Source: Chlorokybus atmophyticus
Lineage: Eukaryota; Plantae; Mesostigma and Chlorokybus algae
Assembly (NCBI GenBank): GCA_009103225.1
Contig: RHPI01000671.1
Coordinates: 189,531-253,530 of the forward strand
Direction: 5' to 3'
Length of the DNA: 64,000 bases
Part shown: positions 54,921 through 64,000 of the stretch, piece by piece
Position numbering within the stretch: position 1 is the first letter of the stretch
Layout of the letters: each line of letters starts with the position of its first letter
Program-made: the position numbers and the translations under genes
Notes under the pieces: generated by a model
The model's database searches: none
What the model was told of the DNA's origin: nothing
Seen by the model: only the letters and a program-made list of their open reading frames with translations

Positions 54921-55069
54921 GTGCCGTTGGAGTAGGCATGGTTCTGGGTGCTCCAAACCCACACAGCGGCGAGCGGCATCGCCATGGTGCGCAATATGCG
55001 CGGCGTCCAGCTGCGTGCTTTCTTCTTGCCGCACCATTCTATGCGCCGCACAGGATAACGCGGCTGCAG

Positions 55070-55414
55070 CTATGCACTACCGTCCGCAGCGAAAGTTTGC
55101 GGGTTAGGGTTCGCCAAGACCCACACGGCGGCGAGCGGCATTGCGGCGGTGCGCAAGATGCGCGCGGAGGCCCTCGCGTACTCCAGCTGTTCGATCAATC
55201 CCTCGATGTCGCACTCCAGCAAGTCTGCGAGCACGACCATCTGCTGCGCTTGGCCCACCAGCGTATCGCCGACACCATCCATCAACGCGCTAGTGACATC
55301 GTCGCAGCTGGATCCGGCCTCACACGCGCAACGCAGCGCCAAATGGGCCGCATCGACATCGGACACCGCAGCCATCAACTTTGCGAGCGCCGCTGCTTCG
55401 AGCGAAGCAAGCAT
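55070..55414 (-). CDS. Intronless orphan helical ORF (~114 aa), possibly degenerate
   Basis: MLASLEAAALAKLMAAVSDVDAAHLALRCACE...LECDIEGLIEQLEYARASARILRT; protein-like composition; no family recognised. Confidence 0.4.
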   Translation of the reverse strand: MLASLEAAALAKLMAAVSDVDAAHLALRCACEAGSSCDDVTSALMDGVGDTLVGQAQQMVVLADLLECDIEGLIEQLEYARASARILRTAAMPLAAVWVLANPNPQTFAADGSA

Positions 55415-55502
55415 GCCCTTTCCTGTTTTCCGCGCGCACAATAATATTCACCGGCCTAACGAACCGCGCTGTTGTAATGCAGTCGCGTGACGCGCCGCTT
55501 CG

Positions 55503-56642
55503 TCATTTCTCGCGGTCTTGCCTCAGCCACGCGGCGATTCGATCGGACTTGCGCTCCAACCCGTTTTCCCACTCGTTCTGCCCCAGTTCTAGACGCCAGA
55601 TGTCTTGTGCGTACTTGGTTCTGCGCTTGTCCATCTCGTACACAATGACATTAACCACCGCTTCCCGCCACCACTTCTCGGTACAGTCCATGGGTTTATT
55701 CCGCGATTGTTTTTTCATGAGGCGTTTGGCGTCTTGCACGTAATAGATGTCACGTATCATGGCGGAGAGGTCGTTCGCGTGCCAGGTGGAGAGAATGTTC
55801 GATATGCCTAAGCCGATCGGTTCGAACTCCAGCTTGTCGACGGTCTGCAGCGCGTCTTCTAAATCAACGAGCCATCTGCCGGTCAGGCAGTCGTGGACTA
55901 GTCTCAACGTCTCTTCGTGGCTGCTCGCTGGTGGCCGTTCCTGTGCCAGTCGGGCGCGGCGCCTACGGACAGCGTCGACGGACTCTCCGGGTTACGCGAG
56001 CGTCAGAGTGCCGTTGCCGTCGCCGTAAACCGGCTTCTGTAGCGTGTTTGCGCAGTCGAGGTACACCTGGCAGTACGTCTGTCCCAACCGGGCAACCGCC
56101 TTGATGGCGCCAGCGGGAACCGTTTGCTTGTGTCGCGCTATGGTCAACCGATCCAATTCTGGAGCTCCATTGCGAAGCTCCGCAACGATGAGATGGTACT
56201 GATGGTGCGTTTCCGCTAGGACGCTTGACGTGTCCATTGGCGACTTCCACGGTGCACCGATCAGCCATCGCGTGCGGTTGATCGGGCACGATGCGAACAG
56301 CATGCCGGACTCCAGGCGCTGAAGCGGGACCATCGCGGCGCGTATGCGGGCGGCGGCACCCGCCCCGCGCTCGAGCTCGCGAAGGACGACGCAGCGTTGA
56401 TCTATGTCTCGGATGGCGTTTCCTAATTTGAGCCGTTGAGCGGAGACGCGCTCGACGTCCTGCAGGCAATCTGTAACACCGCGCGTCAACGAAACCAGCG
56501 TGTACACTTTCGACGCAGGCGCGTTCAAGGACCAGGGTTTCGGTCCTTCCTCCGTCCCTCCCGACAACTCGTTGCACGCTCCAACAACTACGCCAGGCCC
56601 TGGGCTCGCTGCTGGGCACAGGCCACGCGCTGCCGAATGTAA
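55503..56642 (-). pseudogene. Intronless orphan reading frame (~380 codons) interrupted by one TAA (55994-55992)
   Basis: ORFs 55992-56567 and 55503-55907 are in the same frame, and the 28 codons between them are open (PGESVDAVRRRRARLAQERPP...). No family recognised. Confidence 0.6.
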
Positions 56643-56669
56643 CTACTAACAAGCTGCCATGGTGAACAC

Positions 56670-56730
56670 ATGTCCAATGGGGTATGGGCAGTAGAGAAGG
56701 TAGGTAGCGGCTAGGTTAGCAGCCCGGTGG
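56670..56730 (+). repeat. Terminal segment of the GTAGCCCGGTGG repeat family bordering the island
   Basis: AATGGGGTATGGGCAGTAGAG...GCAGCCCGGTGG resembles AACGGGGTGTGGGTAGTAGAG...GTAGCCCGGTGG (reverse complement of 34427-34485). Confidence 0.55.
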
Positions 56731-56993
56731 TTAACGAGAGTACTTCATGGTGTGGTGAGCAGACTGCTCGTGCATGTGTACATGATATGCTGCCAGTAGT
56801 TGTAGACATGCATGACATCACTTACAGCATGCCAAGCAGTGTGTGTCACACTCTCATGCATGCCACAAACGTTGCATTCTATTTATTATACATATGCACA
56901 TCACATCTACTGCACATGCGCATGCACAGGTAGTCAAGTCTGCCTTGCATGCACTCATAATAGAGTGGGGCGGTAGTAGTAGTGGCAGTTTGT

Positions 56994-57049
56994 GGCTAAG
57001 TCACGTGCTCCCCCGTTGAGTAGGCAACAGGGGATAACGTGACTTAGCC
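56994..57049. other. Long hairpin (13-bp perfect outer stem plus inner stem)
   Basis: GGCTAAGTCACGT / ACGTGACTTAGCC, with inner CCCCGTTG / CAACAGGGG pairing. Confidence 0.8.
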
Positions 57050-57785
57050 CGGGGGTCATGCATGTGATTGTCGTAAGCACTTTTTGTGTGTGATGCAGTT
57101 TTCAAGTTGGTGGCACCATGCACAACATCCCACTATATATACACGCCACTCGAAAGCCCATATACATGTACATGGTTACGTATAGTGCAGTGTGCTGCTC
57201 TACCTCACACGGTCATGCGCACACCAACACGCCTACGCGGTTGCCTCTTGCATTTTTGTACGCATCACGCACAACACCACGACACTTACCCTATATACAG
57301 CCACTCAAGGCTGTGCTTGTTTTACTTGGGAGGGCAAGATGAGGCACTCGCGCAATCAATGGTAATGTTTTGTAATGTCTACAGTGAAAATGGAAGTGAT
57401 GTATAGGGTATGGGAAAACAATATGCACACGCTATGCTAAGCTTACACAATAACAAGCATAACACATAGAGCACCCCACTTTATTTACACCACCACCACT
57501 AGGCTACAGGGTGTATGCAACAAGGACGACACATGCATATGCAAAGACAATATGCAACAACAGCTACACAACAACACGCATGCAACCCTAGCAAGTAGCA
57601 CTAGATATTGGACGTGGCAATGACACACAAGCTAGTGTTGAACGCCACGTAGAATACAAGCAAGATAGCAGTGAACTGGGCCTCACAACTGCACGCTCAA
57701 GGAGGGAAGGAAGCAGCAACCAGCGGCTCTTCATTTGAGCAAGCAGCACCACAATGAAAAAAGATGCCGAAAAGGGTGTCATTTT

Positions 57786-57821
57786 TTTTTAGGTGTCATG
57801 CATGGACATGACACCTAAAAA
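57786..57821. repeat. Perfect 15-bp inverted repeat with a 6-nt loop
   Basis: TTTTTAGGTGTCATG-catgga-CATGACACCTAAAAA. Confidence 0.85.
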
Positions 57822-58612
57822 GCAATACGCACCTCAATTGCGGCCACCAAGCTAAGTACACATTATACCACTACCAACTTCATTAGTCTGTTGCCCAACC
57901 CCGTCAGTCATGCATGCAGATTGTTGTCCGCTTTGGTTGGCCCCTGCTCCTACTCCTACCGCACCAACATTGCACACATTGTACGCACGCATGCACAAAG
58001 CTAGGTGAGGGTAGGATAGTGTAAGCTGAGGCTATACTCACTAGTGTAATAAGTCTTCATATGTGTGTGTGTTTTGCTTGCCACTAGGTAGATAGGGTGC
58101 ATTGATTTCTGCACCTCATGCATGCATGACCTGCCACATCGCGGACATCTGCGTTAATGTTAACAGCACATGCTATGGCCTTGTAGTGTACAGATATTGC
58201 AAGTGATATATGTGTACAGAAAATGCAAGTGATTATGATACAAGCAACATGCATAACACATGCACTGTTCACCAAGCTCATCATCATGCAATGATTATTT
58301 GCCACTGGGGTCTACCTACACTAGCCACTCGTACTATTGTAACTACTGCCTTCAACCCCCATCAGACATACATGCATGCATTTGCTCATTACTTCACGCG
58401 CAGGTCTGTACATATGCGCGAAGACTTTTGTAAGGCTGTGTATGCATACAGGGCCAAAGGATCAATATGTCCATGAGCATTGCACTCCTCAGTACACAAG
58501 TGAAGCTGCGGCAGCACAACTTGCGCAGTGCACACTGCATGCAGCGAAATCATACTCGCCAGCAAAGCTCATTGCAAAAAGTCATGCAATAACAGCAAGG
58601 CTACACCTAGTG

Positions 58613-60693
58613 TTAGTGCAGTATTTCTAAATCTGACTTCAGGCCAACCAACAATGACGCAATTTCCCACAACCGCGCAGCTGTCTCAGCGTCATATGCT
58701 GTGGGGTTTGCCCTCATTGGCTTAGCTGTGGACGTGTAGTACGATGCCTGCAATTGGGGAGTGGTGGCTACATGCAATGTGCACCTGGCGCCTGCACAAT
58801 CAGACAGTGTCTGGTCACTTGACGCAGGTCGCAGCTTCACACATCGCAGCATGCCGACTACCTGTCAAACCAGTCATGCATAGCAGTCCAGTGATGTGTG
58901 TGTGTCTCAGCAGAGAGTCTGGTCAGCGCTTGCGCGTGTCCTATGCTATTGGCATCAACTTCTGAGAAGACATTGGGACCTTTGGAAAGACAGCCGCTCA
59001 CCTTCTTCTGGTGTCAATAGGATATATGAAAGCGATAACCGGTACAGCCGCTGCATCAATCTTGGCAGAGTCCGGACCTGGTCATTTGCAGGGCAATGTA
59101 AGCCGCAGGGACACCCGTTGTGAATAACAGAGTGACTGAGGCAGCAGGCTCACCACTTGCGTAAGTATGTTGCCAGGGTGCAAGGCAACAGAACTGACGT
59201 GCAATGGAGGTAACCTTCGAGCAAGCTCAAAACTAAACAGCACCTGCCCAAGCACAACAAGGTAGGAACAAAGCCGGTTGGGATAAGTGCCCAGAATTAT
59301 GCAAAGTCATGACTATAACTCCTATGTGCATATGCATTGTAGGGTTGAACCACGTCAGATCACAAGGGACAGTAGTCCCATATGTTAAGCAGACACCTAG
59401 TGCATTTCTGTTAAAGTACACTGATAAAGCTACTGCACTAAACCATCACAGCACGAGCATGCGGGTGACTTGCTGCGCTCTCAGGCTTGCACACAACTGC
59501 AGTAAGCCACCCTTACCTGTGCTAGTTTGCTTTGGCTGTACGCGCGTTCAGCTGTGTAATGCTTCTGCAGCTGAAGATCGTCGAAATGGATGGCACCAAG
59601 CTCATGCATCTGACACCACAACAACCATCAGTGCCATACAAAAAACAAACAAAGCAGCTGGCATGACGAGACCAGCCCATAAGATAAAGGTTGTCAATGG
59701 CAGCTATACATCCCGTGCGTAGTAACCCGAATGCACGTACCGCGGATGAGATCATCACCACTCGTGCCGGCTGTCCGCGCACAAGTGCCGGCAGGAGCAG
59801 CCGAGTTAGAAGGAAATGAGACAGGAAGTTCACACCAAAATGCGATTCAAACCCATCTGCGGTCTCACTTCTTGAACCTGTATGCGTGCAATGGTCAGGT
59901 ATGCAGTCAAGAACTGATGAGCTCGCTTTTTCTTGCAACGTTAACAACTGTTGTAGGCCAGCAGTGGTGCCTGACAATGCTTACCAACCATAGAGAAGAT
60001 GCCGGCATTGTTGATGAGTACATTGACAGGCAGCTTGCGCTTGTTGATGATATCTGCGAATGCTTGCACCGACGCTAAGGAGTTCAAATCAAGCTGCAGC
60101 ACCTATCAACTGGTTGCAGTCAACAGCAAGCTTGTAAGTGAATAACCGAGATAATCATTGGCTAATCACAAAAGCCACGTGGCCATGCCAACTGCAAAGA
60201 AGCGCTGCTGACCTCGGCTTTGAGCTCTTTTCCAGCGCCCACTTCTAGCTGCCACCTGGCAACCAACTCCTTCGCCAACTTCTCATTGCGACAGGCAAGT
60301 ATCACACGGGCTCCGGCTTGCGCCAGTATGCTATTGAAAACCACATGTCAAGTGAGCTGCAATGCCCACAATCACGGTGCAAAGACGAGCAAGTGAGCTG
60401 CAATCCAGTTCAACATGGGTGTACCGCGCAGTCTCTAGTCCGATGCCACTGGTGGGGCCAGTGATGATACATGTTTTGCCGGCAATGCTTGGATCGCACA
60501 TGCTGCGAGCGGAAGGCATCCCGCGTACTTGCCATCGCTGTGTGCATGGAGACATGCATGCTCGTAAGCCCATGTCATTTGACGCACTAACAAGAGGACG
60601 CTGAAGTATCAATTTGCTCCGTACCTGCGTGATGACATCCCAGGCCACAAACAGCAGTCCTTGCGCCCAGTTCCACCATTTGCTCGACATCAT
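58613..60693 (-). CDS. Short-chain dehydrogenase/reductase (retinol dehydrogenase/Tic32-like)
   Basis: [70 protein letters not shown] (YxxxK), LHPGNI and AARLWE. Confidence 0.92.
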
Positions 60694-61399
60694 GCGTAAA
60701 TCACAAGCGGCGATGCTGTCGCCTGCAACGCAAAATTGTAACTAGTATCATGGCAAGCTGTGCATGCCAACAGCTGACACAGAAGACTAATGCATGTACC
60801 GGACCGGCAACGCCTTAATGCAGCATTCGCAAAAGCAAATGAAGATGGCACGACCATATGCGCAATCCAAGGACCCAGCGCACATGCGTAGCGCTAAGAA
60901 AGCCATTACGGACAAGCAAGCCCACACCGGCCGGCCAGCAGCACTGGCAGCGTGGCTACGTACAGCATCGCAGCCATGAGACATGTAACAACCCAGCCCA
61001 AACAAGAGCAGTACCTTTGCAGGCACAGCAGTCGTCTAAGCACGACCGATGCCCCCACCTCCACACCGACCTCCCTCGCCGCCGCAGCGGTCAAAGCACT
61101 CACAGACATGGCATGCAGCTTGCATGATGGAGTGCCATGCTGCCCTTGCGCGCTTGTTGGCGGTGAGGCCGCAGTGCGCGTCCTTATCGGGGCGCGCGCT
61201 GCGGCGCAGGAGTCGACCCCGCGAGTGGGCATCGCTTGGCTACTGACCATAGCCTAACCGATCGCTGTTTTGGTGTGCCAGCTGGCAGAAGGGTACTTGC
61301 GTGAGAGGGTTTGTGCTGATTGCTGGACGGCGCGGCGGGCGGCGGTGGCGGTCGTAATCGTGGTCGTGGTGGTGGCTGGGGTGCCTTCTGTGGCTAGTC

Positions 61400-64000
61400 A
61401 TGGCAACCGCCAAGAAAGCGCAAGATGAGCGCAACGAGAAGGCCATTCGCGCCTTGCTGCGGCTGCCGGAGAACAAAGTGTGCGTCAACTGCGGCGCTAG
61501 GGTACGTGGGGTAGAGGAATGTGTCAGCTCTGCTATGTGCTTTTGATTTCTTGCTTTGCGTTGCTTGGTAGTTGGTGATCTGGTCAGTAAAACGGTGAAC
61601 GAGTTCGAGCGCATCCCTTCAAGACCGGTTTCTTGTTGGGTTGCGGCATGTTGCACTGCTTCTTGGGCAGTCATTGCCTGCCGTTCAGCATTGCTTCTTG
61701 TCAACTGCAGCATGGTAGGGACGCTTGCGATTCCGGGCAGTAGCGCATGCAAGTACTCCATGTTGAAAAGCCATCACAGACGTGGCTTGATTCTGGTTTG
61801 CAGTTGTGTTGTACGGCCGTTGCTGCTATTGAGCCTGTTAAGCCGTGGCCGTGATGAAGACTCTCATGTTGATCTGCATGTGGGAGCTCAGCAGCCTGTT
61901 GTAACCCGTCGTCTTGTTTTGCAGGGCCCTCAGTATGTCTGTACCAATTTTTCCACATTTGTCTGCACGACGTGCAGTGGGATCCAGTAAGTGTTGTGCG
62001 GCTAACGCAACAACATGACGCACTGTTTAGGCTTGTTCTTGTGTTTTATGGAGTTGGTTGTAACCTGATTGTTATTGGCCAACTGACCACTGTGACCATG
62101 TTGCAGCCGAGAGTTTTCACATCGCATTAAGTCGGTATCCATGGCAACATTTACACCAGACGAAGTGCGCGCACTAGAAGCTGGCGGTAACAAGGTGCGC
62201 TTGGTTGTCAAAGGCATTGATGTCATTTACGGTGCCCTTTGCTGGTTGCCAGGCGCATTTGCACAAAAGTATATATGCTTTTCTTGCAGCTTCCAGTGGT
62301 GCTTCTCTGCATTTGCTTCCATGTAGCATAGCTTTGCAACCAAGCTGGTGCATCCCTGTGTCTGTAGGCTGCAAGGGACACCTACTTGCGGCGCTGGACA
62401 ACTGCTGACCTTCCACTACCAGAGCCAAATAGCAAGTTGGAAAGAATACGGGAGTTTATTCGCCTTGTATATGTCGAGAATCGATTCGGTCAGAACTCAG
62501 AAGCGGACTATCCCCAAGTAAGAACAACAGCATGCTAACTATTGTCGCTTGCTGATAGTGTGGCAGTCGGGCACCATCTGTCTAACTGCTTCTTTTGCAC
62601 AATAGGCCGCAGATGCGCGGCAATATGACACACCAACATTTGCCCAGCTGCCTGCAAGCAACGGGTCCGCTTCAACAGCTCGCAGCTCTATTCAGCCATC
62701 CTTCCGGCAAAAAGAGTTGCCCGTGCGTCCTGACCTTCCTAATCCCAGTCTTGCTCCCCAAAGCCCAGCTGTCCATGCCATTGCTTCCCCTCCTGCTGTC
62801 ATCGACCCTGCAAATGCCCAAGCGGCAGCACAGGTATGTCGCAGTACTTGTTGTGCACTTTAAGCTGTCACTTGACATGGCCAAGCCAGCCATGTCAGGT
62901 CAGCCTCACTTATGAGACAATCCTTTGCAGGCTGCCCTCACAAGCGGCGTTATGGATGGTCATGCACGCAAGGACTCAGGAAGCTTGATTGATTGGGGGG
63001 ATTCGAATGGCGCATCAACAGCAGCTGCAGCAACCTCGGCTTCCGACCCGTTCTCATCAGCTGATGGTATAGGTGCTCGGTAGATGTGTTTTGATTTCTT
63101 TGGTTCATTTTGGGAGTATGGCTTGACAAGGTTCGGGTATCCTTGTTATGCAGTTGCTGTGTGGTAGTCCTTCCATAGCATGCTCATGCCAGCTGACCGC
63201 TTGTGAGCATCGGTGCAGCGGCCCAACCCTCTCTTTGGGTGGCAGGTTGGGCAGCATTTGGCTCAGCTGCCCCGGCAATGCAAGCCACCGCACAGGCAGA
63301 TGCTTCTTCTGATTGGGCGGCATTTGGCAGTGCAAGCAATGCGCCACAGCAGCAGCAGCAGCAGCAGCAGCCATATCAACAGCAGCAGCAGCCCCAGTCC
63401 TCCGGTTTTGGTGCCCCGAGCAATTATGCTCCACAAGCAGGCTTCATCTCGCAGCCAACCGGGTTCTCCTCCCAGGCAGGTAGCTTTCCAGGACAGCAGC
63501 CGCAACAGCAGCCTGCCTTTTCGCCAGGCGGCTTTGGTGCTCAACCGGGTACATTTGGCAATCAAGCTGGGTTTGGCAGCCAACCGCCACCCTCACCGTT
63601 TCCCGCTCAGCCCGTTGGCTTTTCGCCTCAGCAGCCGGGCTTTGCTCAGGCAGCAGCCTCATATGCAGTCCAGCATGCCAACTTCCCCGTACCGCAAGCG
63701 CAGTACGGTGCGGCTTTCCCTTCAACACAACCGCAGCAGCAGGGTGGTTTTGGCACTGATTTCAACAGCGGTCAGTTTGGAGGAGGTGCCTCCCAGTTTG
63801 GAGCTTCCGCACAGCCCGGTGGTGCTTCTAGCCAGCCCCCTGGTGCACAAGTTAAACAGGAGATTCCGGCTGACCTTTTCAGTAATCTGAACCCCTCACC
63901 CTATGGTCACCCCACACATCCCGCCAACCGTTATATGGGCGCACAAGCTGCACCACCAGATCCCTTTGGCAACCTGGCCCCCATCCACAGAAGCTCTGTG
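61400..64000 (+). CDS. ArfGAP of the AGFG/AGD14 type with Pro/Gln/FG-rich tail; runs past the window end
   Basis: NEKAIRALLRLPENKVCVNCGAR|GPQYVCTNFSTFVCTTCSGIH|REFSHRIKSVSMATFTPDEVRALEAGGNK, IREFIRLVYVENRF and DPFGNL. Confidence 0.92.

Noticed and set aside
51975-55994. Stop-codon reassignment (TAA/TAG=Gln) as the explanation of the in-frame stops
   Set aside because: Host genes here end in TAA (HSP70, BELL) and TAG (U2AF35), so the standard code applies.

Overview
Intron-rich nuclear DNA of a green-lineage (Viridiplantae) alga-like eukaryote, standard genetic code, with many short introns, CATG/TGCA-rich non-coding DNA and several N gaps. The lineage is inferred from a plant-type U2 snRNA, a BELL homeobox and plastid-type proteins. 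Host genes: BELL-class TALE homeobox (+), SAMHD1/VEN4-like HD dNTPase (+), U2 snRNA (-), U2AF35 (-), galactinol-synthase-like GT8 (+), HugZ/HOZ-like protein (-), DUF3593 protein (+), DprA/LOG-like plastid protein (+), 14-exon cytosolic HSP70 (+), SDR (-) and a 3'-truncated ArfGAP (+). Mobile DNA: two ~530-bp mini LTR elements (TRIM-like) whose LTR/PBS junctions form tRNA-type A/B boxes, two pogo-like MITEs, and a dispersed family ending in GTAGCCCGGTGG. The most unusual part is a ~5.5-kb island (51.2-56.7 kb) of foreign-looking, decaying genes. It holds an intronless giant-virus-type FTGQH gene with one in-frame stop, a spliced secreted-protein gene (one stop, one frameshift; not evident from the ORF track), and an intronless orphan ORF block next to a transposon-like terminus. 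Five GC-AG introns were read directly. Family assignments rest on recalled motifs; no searches were run.
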